A DNA stretch of 64,000 bases from an uncultured Acidimicrobiales bacterium (GTDB lineage: Bacteria; Actinomycetota; Acidimicrobiia; Acidimicrobiales; VFJN01): NCBI GenBank assembly GCA_963739835.1, contig CAVUBW010000006.1:75790-139789 (forward strand), written 5' to 3'. The notes beneath the pieces were generated by a model. The model saw only the letters and a program-made list of their open reading frames with translations. It was not told the DNA's origin and made no database searches. Of the stretch, positions 47,051 through 55,314 are shown one piece after another (positions within the stretch are counted from its first letter, which is position 1; each line of letters begins with the position of its first letter). The position numbers and the translations under genes are program-made.

Positions 47051-47337
47051 GGGCCGCGGTCGCCGCCGGGCTCGTCCTGGCGTCGGCCGTCGCCGCCGGC
47101 TGCGCCGCTGGCGGTGGGCACGAGGGCTACAGCCCCGGGCAGCGGGCGTCGTTCGTGGCGGCATGCACCCCCGGCGCCAGCACGGCGGTCTGCGGGTGCT
47201 TCTACGACCGGCTGGAGGCGACCGTCAGCTACGAGCGGTTCCTGGCCGTCGACCGCCAGATCCGCCGGGACCCGAACGCGATCCCGGACGACGTGGCCGA
47301 GCTGGCGATCGCCTGCGCGGCCGAGCACCCGTCATGA
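47029..47337 (+). CDS. Putative lipoprotein, paralogue of the C-terminal 4-Cys domain of the preceding Hsp70-like protein
   Basis: GTG at 47029 in the frame of ORF 45673..47337: VRVAHRLRAAVAAGLVLASAVAAGC (lipobox) then GYSPGQRASFVAACT..CGCFYDRLEATVSYERFLAVDRQIRRDPNAIPDD..IACAAEHP. It overlaps the upstream gene by 22 nt. Confidence 0.6.
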   Translation: MRVAHRLRAAVAAGLVLASAVAAGCAAGGGHEGYSPGQRASFVAACTPGASTAVCGCFYDRLEATVSYERFLAVDRQIRRDPNAIPDDVAELAIACAAEHPS

Positions 47338-48494
47338 CCTGCTCATCAACCTCGGCTCCGCCACAGCGAAGCTGGGCCAGCGCTCGCGGCTCTTGGCGGC
47401 GAGCTTGTGCAGCAGGGCGATGGCGCCCGGGTCCTCGTCGCCCGGGCGCGCGATGATCGAGCCGTCGGCGATCATCCGGCTGATGATCTCCTCGGCCGAG
47501 CTCGGTGCGCACGATGGTCAGCGTCCAGTCGTTGTCCTTGCCGATGCCGCCGGTCGAGATGTCGGCGTGCTCGGCGGCGAAGTCCGGGCAGTGGGTGCAG
47601 CCCTCGCGCGTCCAGGCGTGGCACTCCTTCAGGTCGATCTCGTGGTAGCGGCCGTCCTTCATCCAGATCTGGAAGACGCCCTTGATGTTCATCTTGACCA
47701 TGTCCTGCTTCGGCGAGGCCGTACTTGGTCTCGAACAGCTCGTCGAAGATCGAGTCGTCGAAGGTCTTCGAGCACAGCAGGCCGATGTTGAACAGGAAGG
47801 GCTTGCCGACCTTGCCGGCCTTGCGGTTCCACATGATCGGCGGCACCGACGACTGGCACGCCATCCCGACCAGCGCCAGGCGGGTGTGGCCCCGCTCCAG
47901 CGCCTCGTTGAGGGCCAGGGTGTTGGCCGAGTAGGTGTAGCGGCTGCCGGCGGCGGCGAGGATCTCGTCCTTGCTGGCGGCGACGCCGGGCTCGGCCTTC
48001 CACGACCGCCCGTCGCCCTCCAGGTACGACACGAGGGCGGCGTCGATGTAGTCGTTCTCCTGGGCCCAGATGAGCATGCGCCGACACGAGGCCGCCGTCC
48101 TGGCCCATGCGGTGCACCATCTCGTCGCTCGCCCGCGTGAGCAGGATGTCCTGGTAGATGCCCGACACCTCGTCGGGCTCGCGGGTGCGGGCGAACAGGT
48201 GCTCGTCGGCCTGCTGGCTCCCACGCCCGGAAGCGGGGGCAGGCGCGGGTGCACGACGTGCAGCCCTTCTCGCCGTGGGTGCAGTTGTCGGGGCCCAGCT
48301 CGTCCTCGAGGTGGAACGGCTTGTAGGCGCCCGGCTCGTGGAGGTAGCCGATGACGTCGTGGGGGCACGAGATGACGCAGCCGGCGCACCCCGTGCACAG
48401 GCCCGACTGTGATGACCTCGGCGTAGAGCTCCTTCCACTGGGCGGTCCACCGGGCGGGCCGGGCGGCCGGGGGCGCGGCGTCGGTGACGGTCAT
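47332..48494 (-). CDS. Coenzyme F420 hydrogenase/dehydrogenase beta-subunit-like Fe-S flavoprotein, frame-disrupted
   Basis: Fragments: MTVTDAAPPAARPARWTAQWKELYAEVI, Cys-rich ferredoxin-like stretch, IYQDILLTRASDEMVHRMGQDGG, MLIWAQENDYIDAALVSY...AGSRYTYSANTLALNEAL...LALVGMACQSS...FNIGLLCSKTF, MVKMNIKGVFQIWMKDGRYHEIDLKECHAWTREGCTHCPDFAAEHADISTGGIG. Confidence 0.75.
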
Positions 48495-48584
48495 GCCCGC
48501 AACCTATCGGAGCGTGCCGGACCGTCAGCAGCCGGCCGGCGGTGATGGCGGGGCCAGGGCCGCGCTTCGGTAGCCTCTTCAAGA

Positions 48585-50087
48585 ATGTCCGGCGCCGACG
48601 GCCCCCGCGCGGTCCATCGACCGCAGCATGCAGCGCCGACGCGTCGCCACCGCACCTGGCCACAGAGGGTGGTTCTTGCAATCGGATTCGTCGTGGTGTT
48701 CGTCTGCCTCACCGGGGTGGCGCTCGCCACCTACGGCCTGCGGACCTGGCAGAAGATCGACCACGTCAAGGGCCTGCACATCGCCGCGGCCCCGCCCGGC
48801 GAGCCGATCAACGTCCTGCTGGTCGGCAGCGACAGCAGGGACGGGGAGTTCGACGCCTCGGCGGTCGGCGGCAAGCGCACAGACACGATCATCGTCATGC
48901 GGGTCGACCCGCGCAGCGACCAGGTGACCGCGCTGTCGTTCCCCCGCGACCTGATCCTCCCGGTCGCCGGCCAGAATCGCAACGGCATGATCAACGCCAT
49001 CTACAACGCACCCGGCAAGCAGCAGGCGTTGATCGACACGATCCAGCAGGACTTCGGCATCGCCATCAACCACTGGGTCGAGGTCGACTTCCAGGGGTTC
49101 CGCCAGCTGGTCGACGCCATCGACGGCGTGACGCTCTACATCCCCTACCCGCTGCGCGACATCAAGTCCGGCTTCCGCATCGACCAGACCGGGTGCGTCA
49201 CGCTGAACGGCGACGAGGCGCTCGGCTACGCCCGCTCCCGCACGGTCCAGTTCCAGGTCGACGGCCGCTGGCAGACCGACCCGCTGTCCGACCTCAGTCG
49301 GATCACCCGCCAGCAGGCGCTCATGGGCGAGGCGCTGCGGCGGGGATTCGACAAGTCCCAGCGCAACCCGGTCAAGCTGCAGTACATGCTTGCGATCGGC
49401 GCCAACAACGTGTCGGTCGACGACACGATGGGCGTCAACGACATGCTCGACCTGGTCGACCAGTTCAAGGACTTCGATACCGGCCGGTTCGTGACGCTCA
49501 CCCTGCCCAACGCGCCCGATCCCGCCAACAGCGACCGCCTGGTGGTCGACGACGTGGCGGCCGAGCCGATCCTCAACCTGTTCCGGGGCCTCGACCCGAG
49601 CGAGGCAGGCCCGGGCACGATCGACGTCACCGTGGCCAACGGCACCGCGGCGGGCGCCCCCGAGCAGCAGCGGCCGACGCTGGCGACCGACGTGTCCGGG
49701 GCGCTGCACCAGGTCGGCTTCGTCGTCGAGGTGCCCGCAGACGCCGGCACGCTCTACCCGAACAGCGTCATCCAGTACGCGCCGGGTGAGCTCAACCGGG
49801 CGCAGGGCCTGGCCCGCTACATCACGGGCGGCGTCGCCCTCGCCGAGACCCCGGACGTCGCCCCGGGTCACGTGACGCTGATCGCCGGCGTCGACTTCAC
49901 GACCGTCCACGATCAGCCGACGCCCCTCGACGAGCTGCCGGCGCCGCCAGGGGTGCCGCCCACCACCACGACGACCGTCGCGCCGGGTGGCGACACGGCC
50001 ACCACGCTGCCCCCACCGGTGACGTTCGGCACCACGACGACGCTGCCGGCGCAGTCCGGCGCCATCCCGCCGGGGGCCTGCAGCTGA
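48585..50087 (+). CDS. LytR-CpsA-Psr (LCP) family cell-wall glycopolymer ligase with LytR_C domain
   Basis: 500 aa, intact: TM, INVLLVGSDSRDG...RTDTIIVMRVDP...LSFPRDL...WVEVDFQGFRQLVDAIDGV...LNGDEALGYARSR, and a C-terminal domain IDVTVANGT...VIQYAPG. Confidence 0.88.
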   Translation: MSGADGPRAVHRPQHAAPTRRHRTWPQRVVLAIGFVVVFVCLTGVALATYGLRTWQKIDHVKGLHIAAAPPGEPINVLLVGSDSRDGEFDASAVGGKRTDTIIVMRVDPRSDQVTALSFPRDLILPVAGQNRNGMINAIYNAPGKQQALIDTIQQDFGIAINHWVEVDFQGFRQLVDAIDGVTLYIPYPLRDIKSGFRIDQTGCVTLNGDEALGYARSRTVQFQVDGRWQTDPLSDLSRITRQQALMGEALRRGFDKSQRNPVKLQYMLAIGANNVSVDDTMGVNDMLDLVDQFKDFDTGRFVTLTLPNAPDPANSDRLVVDDVAAEPILNLFRGLDPSEAGPGTIDVTVANGTAAGAPEQQRPTLATDVSGALHQVGFVVEVPADAGTLYPNSVIQYAPGELNRAQGLARYITGGVALAETPDVAPGHVTLIAGVDFTTVHDQPTPLDELPAPPGVPPTTTTTVAPGGDTATTLPPPVTFGTTTTLPAQSGAIPPGACS

Positions 50088-50184
50088 TGGCCGGCAACCG
50101 TTATCCCGACGACCCGCGCTGGTCGCAGTCCCCGCCGCCGGGCCCGGCCCGGGGCGCCCGGGCTCGCCGCCGCGACCCGGCTCC

Positions 50185-51855
50185 GTGGAACCCGGCGCCC
50201 GCCGCCGCCGAGACCCAGCACCCGGCCGCCCGACCGGCGGCGGCTCCTACGACGCCGGCTGGGGCTACGGCCAGGGGGACCCGGGGTACGGCAGCGACTA
50301 CGGCGACTCCGGCCGGGGCGACCCGGGGTACGGCAGCGGCATGTACTCGGAGCCTGCCGCCGGCCGCTCGGTGTTCGACGACACCAACCGGGGCGAGCCC
50401 CCGCCCGGGGGTCGCGGCCGCCCCCCCCGCCGCTCGAGCCGGTCGTGGCGCCAGCGGGCGCTGCTGGGCACGGGCGGGATCGTCGTCGTCATGTGCCTCC
50501 TCGGTGCCTCGGCGGCGGCCTACACGCTGTTCAAGTTCGCCAGCATCGAGCGGGTCGACAAGCTCGACATCGCCGCGGCCCCGGCCGGCGAGCCGCAGAA
50601 CTACCTGGTCGTCGCCGTCGACACCCGCCAGGGCCACGAGACCGTCAACACCGACACGATCATGGTCGTGCGCATCGACCCCCAGTCCGACCGGGTGGCG
50701 CTCACCTCGTTCAACCGCGACCTCATGGTCACGATCGCCGACACCGGGCAGATCGGGATGATCAACTCCGCCTACAACCGCCCGAGCGGCGGCGAGCAGG
50801 TGCTGATCGACACGATCCGCGAGAACTTCGACATCCCGATCAACCACTTCGTCGAGGTCAACTTCCAGAGCTTCCAGCAGGTGGTCGACGAGGTGGGCGG
50901 CGTCCCGATGTGGATCCCCTACCCGCTGCGCGACACCCACTCCGGCCTCTACCAATACCAGCCCGGCTGCATCAACCTCGACGGCGAGCAGGGGCTCGCC
51001 TTCGCCCGGTCCCGCTACCTCCAGATCCAGCGGCCCAACGGCTCGTGGGACCAGGACGGCAGCGCCGACCTCGGCCGGGTGCAGCGCCAGCAGATCTTCA
51101 TCCAGCGGGCGCTGGCCAAGGCGCTCGGCCAGGCCAAGTCCAACCCGCTGCGGATCAACGAGCTGCTGAACATCGGGACCAGCAACATCCGCATCGACGC
51201 CAACCTGTCGGTCGGCGACATGCTGAGTCTGGCCAAGCACTTCAAGAACTTCGACGCCAACACGCTCGAGGCCTATCCGCTGCCGGTCAAGGAGTACCCG
51301 CCCGACCCCAACCGCCTGCTGCTCGACGAGACCAACGCCGAGCAGTACCTCAACGTGTTCCGGGGGCTGGCGCCGGGCGACATCCGCCCGGGGCTCATCG
51401 ACGTGACCGTCCTCAACGGGACGCAGGGGCAGAACGACCACCTGGCCGGCGACGTCAGCGGGGCGCTCCAGAGCATCGGCTTCAACGTGGAGGCGCCCGA
51501 CGACGCCGACGATGTCTACGACCACAGCGTGGTCTTCTACGCGCCCGGGCAGCAGGACTATGGCCAGCGGCTCGCCCGCTACATCACCTCGCCGGTCGAG
51601 CTGCAGGAGGACCCGTCGCTCGATCTGGGGCACGTCCGCCTGGTCGCCGGGCTCGACTTCACCACCGTGCACGAGGACCCGACGCCGGTGGAGGATCTGC
51701 CGGCGCCGGCGACGACCGCCCCGCCGGCGAACGGGGCCGACACGCCCGCGACCACGGCCGCCACGACGCCGACGACTGCGGCGGCGCCGACGACCACGAC
51801 GACCGAGCCGAACGGGTTCCTGGTGGGCGAGCCGCCGCCGGGCCAGGACTGCTGA
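50185..51855 (+). CDS. Second LCP family protein (paralogue), start uncertain
   Basis: 556 aa: QNYLVVAVDTRQG...NTDTIMVVRIDP...TSFNRDL...FVEVNFQSFQQVVDEVGGV...LDGEQGLAFARSR, LytR_C-like IDVTVLNGT...VVFYAPG. An ATG at 50087 overlaps the upstream stop (ATGA) but lies in another frame. Confidence 0.85.
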   Translation: MEPGARRRRDPAPGRPTGGGSYDAGWGYGQGDPGYGSDYGDSGRGDPGYGSGMYSEPAAGRSVFDDTNRGEPPPGGRGRPPRRSSRSWRQRALLGTGGIVVVMCLLGASAAAYTLFKFASIERVDKLDIAAAPAGEPQNYLVVAVDTRQGHETVNTDTIMVVRIDPQSDRVALTSFNRDLMVTIADTGQIGMINSAYNRPSGGEQVLIDTIRENFDIPINHFVEVNFQSFQQVVDEVGGVPMWIPYPLRDTHSGLYQYQPGCINLDGEQGLAFARSRYLQIQRPNGSWDQDGSADLGRVQRQQIFIQRALAKALGQAKSNPLRINELLNIGTSNIRIDANLSVGDMLSLAKHFKNFDANTLEAYPLPVKEYPPDPNRLLLDETNAEQYLNVFRGLAPGDIRPGLIDVTVLNGTQGQNDHLAGDVSGALQSIGFNVEAPDDADDVYDHSVVFYAPGQQDYGQRLARYITSPVELQEDPSLDLGHVRLVAGLDFTTVHEDPTPVEDLPAPATTAPPANGADTPATTAATTPTTAAAPTTTTTEPNGFLVGEPPPGQDC

Positions 51856-51882
51856 TCCGACCGAAGACCGGGGAGGGTTCCC

Positions 51883-52122
51883 ATGGACGATGCCGAGGTG
51901 ATCAGGCGCATCGGTGCGCTGGTCGACGAGGAGCACCAGCTGGAGAGTCAGGCCGGCGGTCCCCCCGACGCGGCGATGGCCGATCGGCTGCAGGCGATCG
52001 AGGTCGCGCTCGACCAGTGCTGGGACCTCCTGCGCCAGCGCCGCGCCCGCCGGGAGATGGGGCAGGATCCAGAGGAGGCCGCCGTCCGCCCGCCGGACGT
52101 GGTCGAGCGCTATCAGCAGTAG
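51883..52122 (+). CDS. DUF2630 family protein
   Basis: 79 aa: MDDAEVIRRIGALVDEEHQLE...RLQAIEVALDQCWDLLRQRRARRE. Confidence 0.75.
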   Translation: MDDAEVIRRIGALVDEEHQLESQAGGPPDAAMADRLQAIEVALDQCWDLLRQRRARREMGQDPEEAAVRPPDVVERYQQ

Positions 52123-52132
52123 CCGGTCGCCG

Positions 52133-52717
52133 TCACTCCCGGGCGGACAGGTCGCGGCTGCGCTGGTAGTGGGCGGCGACCTTGGCCCGGTTGCCGCAGG
52201 TCTGCATCGAGCACCACCGGCGCCGGCCGCTCTTGCTGGTGTCGAGGAACAGCAGCGTGCACGCCGGGTTGCCGCACCGGCGGACCGACGCCCGGTCGCG
52301 GGAGAACACGTCGAGCGTGGCGGCGGCGAGGTCGAGGCGGAACCGCGAGGCGGCGTGCGAGCCGGTCACCCGTACGGTGTCGCCCGGCACGACCTGGAAC
52401 GACCCCCGGTCCCGCTGGAGGACCTGGTTGAGCTGGCCGTGGTCGCCGGGCGCCGCGGTCGGGTCGAGCACGCCCCGCAGCGCAGCCCGCAGCGCCCGGG
52501 TCCAGCGCAGCGTCTCCCGCCCGGACGAGCCGCCCGGCCAGGCCAGCCCGGCCACCCCCCGCAGCGAGCGCATCGCGGCCGCCCACGCCTCGAGGTCGCC
52601 GGGCACGGCGAGCACGTCGACCAGCCGGCCGTGCGTCACCAGCTCGGTGTTGCAGAGGTCGAGCGCGGGGTGGTTGCCGACCCAGCTGAACGCCGCCCCC
52701 CTCGCCACGGCGGGCAT
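52133..52717 (-). CDS. CGNR zinc-finger (ABATE-domain) putative regulator
   Basis: 194 aa ending RRCGNPACTLLFLDTSKSGRRRWCSMQTCGNRAKVAAHYQR. Confidence 0.85.
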   Translation of the reverse strand: MPAVARGAAFSWVGNHPALDLCNTELVTHGRLVDVLAVPGDLEAWAAAMRSLRGVAGLAWPGGSSGRETLRWTRALRAALRGVLDPTAAPGDHGQLNQVLQRDRGSFQVVPGDTVRVTGSHAASRFRLDLAAATLDVFSRDRASVRRCGNPACTLLFLDTSKSGRRRWCSMQTCGNRAKVAAHYQRSRDLSARE

Positions 52718-52757
52718 GTTAGGGCGACGGCGCGCCGCCGGTTCCTAGGCTGGGTGG

Positions 52758-54284
52758 ATGCCCGACGGCCCGGACCGCTTCGCCCGCCTCGTCGCGGCGC
52801 GGGGTGTGGCGGCCCGGCCACACCACGAGCTCGTACGGCTGCTCCGCGGCGACGGGGTCGAGGTCGATGACCTCGTGCGGCGCACCGGGCTGCCCCGCCG
52901 GGCCGTCGAGGAGGCCCTGGCTGCGCTCGGCGACGACGTCGCCGACGACGGCGGGTTCCCGCGGCTCCGCCGCGAGGTCGCTCCCGCGTATGCCGCCCGG
53001 TTCCCGGAGCCGACCGGCGCCGCCCCGCCGGCGACCCTCGTCGCCCGGATGGACGAACTGGTCCGGCGGGCGCCCCGGCCCAAGCGCGACCTCGACCACG
53101 TGTCCGCCACCGGCGAGACGGCGGCCCGGCGGGCCGACCTGCTCGGGCGGGTCTACGCGCTGGCCGGCCGGCGGGTCCTGCTGGTCGGCGACCACGACCT
53201 CACCGCCCTGGCGCTGGCGCTGGCCGAGCCGGCGGTCGAGCTGGCGGTGGTCGACATCGACGACGACGTGCTGGCGTACATCGCCGACCAGCCCGAGGCC
53301 GCTGGCCGGATCCGCTGCCTCTACGCGGACCTCCGGTCCGGGCTGCCCGGCGCGCTGCGGGAGTGGGCCGACCTCGCCGTGACCGACCCGCCCTACACGC
53401 CCGCCGGCGTCGGCCTGTTCGCCCGGCGCGCGCTGGAGGGGCTGGCGAGCCTCGACTCCGGCCGCCTGGCGCTGGCGTACGGCTACGGTGACCAGCCCGG
53501 GCTGGGGCTGAAGGTCCAGGACGCGCTGCGCGACCTGCGGCTGGTCTACGAGGCGGTGCTGCCGGGGTTCAACCGCTACGTCGGCGCCCAGGCCATCGGC
53601 AGCGCCAGCAACCTGTACCTGCTGCGCCCGACCGCCGGCACGCGGCGGGTGCTCGGGCGGCTGCCGTCGCCCCGGCCGGTCAACGTCTACACCCACGGCA
53701 CCCAGGCGCTGGAGGGCGGCCCCGGTCCGCTGCCCCAGCCGGCCCGGGCCGCGCTGGCGGCCGCGGCCGGCGCGGGCACTGCGGTCGACCTGCGCCACGA
53801 CACCGGCCCGCTGCTGCTGCGGGCGCTGGTGGCCGGCCACGGCGAGCGCCTGGCGCTGCTGGTGCCGAACGGGCACCCCGACATCGCCGGGGCCACGGGC
53901 CAGGTGGCGCTGCGCGGGCTGGTCGGGGCGCGCTGGGACCTGCGGTACCGGCGCAGCGACCCGGGCCCGCACCTGGCGATCGTCGAGGCCACGGCCGCGC
54001 ATCCGCCCGTCGCGGACGTGGGGGCCCGGGCGCGGCGCCACGTCCTCGACCGGCCCGAGGGCCGGCTGGCCAACGTCGGCCGGGAGGCGCTGATCGCGTC
54101 GACGGTCGGCCGGCGGGCGTCCCCGCTCACCAAGAACGCGGCTCGCACGGTCCTCGCCGACGCGCTGGCCGGGGCCGACCTCGACGCCTGCCTGCTCGAC
54201 CTGCCCCGCGGCGCGATGGCGGCGGTGCTCGACGCGCTGGCGGCCGCGGCCGAGGGCCTGGCCGGCCGGCGCGAGCACGGCTAG
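52758..54284 (+). CDS. BpsA/DUF43-like (aminopropyl-/methyltransferase fold) protein with wHTH-like N-terminus and ~200-aa unassigned C-terminal extension
   Basis: 508 aa, intact: RVLLVGDHDLTALALALA, LAVVDIDDDVLAYI, YADLRSGLPGALREWADLAVTDPPYTPAGVGLFARRALEGL, LPGFNRYVG. These parallel the GDDDLTS / DID / TDPPET / FNEY motifs of N4-bis(aminopropyl)spermidine synthases. I cannot assign residues ~310-508. Confidence 0.6.
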   Translation: MPDGPDRFARLVAARGVAARPHHELVRLLRGDGVEVDDLVRRTGLPRRAVEEALAALGDDVADDGGFPRLRREVAPAYAARFPEPTGAAPPATLVARMDELVRRAPRPKRDLDHVSATGETAARRADLLGRVYALAGRRVLLVGDHDLTALALALAEPAVELAVVDIDDDVLAYIADQPEAAGRIRCLYADLRSGLPGALREWADLAVTDPPYTPAGVGLFARRALEGLASLDSGRLALAYGYGDQPGLGLKVQDALRDLRLVYEAVLPGFNRYVGAQAIGSASNLYLLRPTAGTRRVLGRLPSPRPVNVYTHGTQALEGGPGPLPQPARAALAAAAGAGTAVDLRHDTGPLLLRALVAGHGERLALLVPNGHPDIAGATGQVALRGLVGARWDLRYRRSDPGPHLAIVEATAAHPPVADVGARARRHVLDRPEGRLANVGREALIASTVGRRASPLTKNAARTVLADALAGADLDACLLDLPRGAMAAVLDALAAAAEGLAGRREHG

Positions 54285-55287
54285 CGCCGGCGCAGCGCGA
54301 GGCCGCCGGCCCCGAGCGCGGCGGCGGTGACGGCCGCGACCGCGACCGACGCCGCGGTGCCGGCGCCTCCCGGCCGGCCGGGCGCGGCGCGGGACGCGGC
54401 CACCGCCACCTCGCCCGCGGTGGCCCCGCCGGCCGGTGCCGGGGCCACGGTCGTCGCGGCCGGGAAGGTGCCGTCGGGCTTGGGCGGCGGCGTCGCCGGC
54501 GGGGCCGTCGCGGCGGGCGCCGGCGCGGGATCCGGCGCCGGCGCGACCGTGCCGGATCCGGCGCCGTCGCCGTAGAGCCGGGCGCCGGTCCGCTGCACGC
54601 GGTCGGGCGCGAGCACGATCCCGTCGATGGTCGTGGTCTGCCCGAAGATGTCGGTGATGCGGACCGTGAACGGCCCGGGGCCGGGACCGGGGTTCTCGGC
54701 GGTCCAGAAGTTGTCGTTCGAGTGGACGAGGCTGCGCCAACCGTCGCCGGTGGCCAGCTCGAAGCGGGCGATCGGATTGCCGTGGTCGAGCGCCTGGATC
54801 TGCATCCACCACTGCGACGATCCGGTCTTGACCCGGATGGCGATCGGCTGTACCAGCGGCGGGTTGCGGACGAGGCTGTAGGTCACGGGCACCTCGCCGG
54901 CCTCCAGCCGGCCGATGCGGGCGAAGGCCTGCTCGGACAGGTCGAGGTGGCCGACCGGGCACTCGGGGCACTGGTTGGTGATCAGCACCCGCACCGAGCC
55001 GTCGGGCCCGACCACGTCGAGGTAGCCGCCGCAGGCGTCCGCAGTGCCGTACTCGTCGTGGGAGAGGGCGACGTCGAGGTGGTCGGCGGGCGCGGCGGGC
55101 AGCGCGCAGTTGCCCCCGTCGGTGGAGGCGTAGTGGGTGGCCATGCCGGCGCCGGGAACGACGTCGGCGGTGTCCGCGGCCCGCGCGGGCGTCACGCCCG
55201 TGGCCGCGGCGACGACGAGCCCGGCCGCGACGATGCGGATCAGTCCCCAACCGATGCCGGAAACCGTAGTGCGGTCGGGAGGATCAT
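54281..55287 (-). CDS. Expansin-like protein (DPBB plus CBM63-type domains) with Pro/Ala linker and C-terminal TM anchor. The signal peptide is out of frame.
   Basis: GMATHYASTDGGNCALP...ALSHDEYGTADACGGYLDVVGPDGSVRVLITNQCPECPVGHLDLSEQAFARIG (double-psi beta-barrel), then IAIRVKTGSSQWWMQIQALDHGNPIARFEL..FTVRITD. The track ORF starts at a GTG at 55195. A plausible signal peptide, MILPTALRFPASVG / LIRIVAAGLVVAAATGVTPARA, starts at the ATG at 55287 but needs a frame change near 55235. Confidence 0.7.
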
Positions 55288-55314
55288 CCGGCCAGACTCG
55301 GCCGGATGATCCTC
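55279..55314. promoter_or_regulatory. Perfect 15-nt-arm palindrome containing the ATG of both divergent genes
   Basis: GAGGATCATCCGGCC-agactc-GGCCGGATGATCCTC. The right arm holds the ATG at 55306 (MILKAC..) and the left arm holds the minus-strand ATG at 55287 (MILPTA..). Confidence 0.6.
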
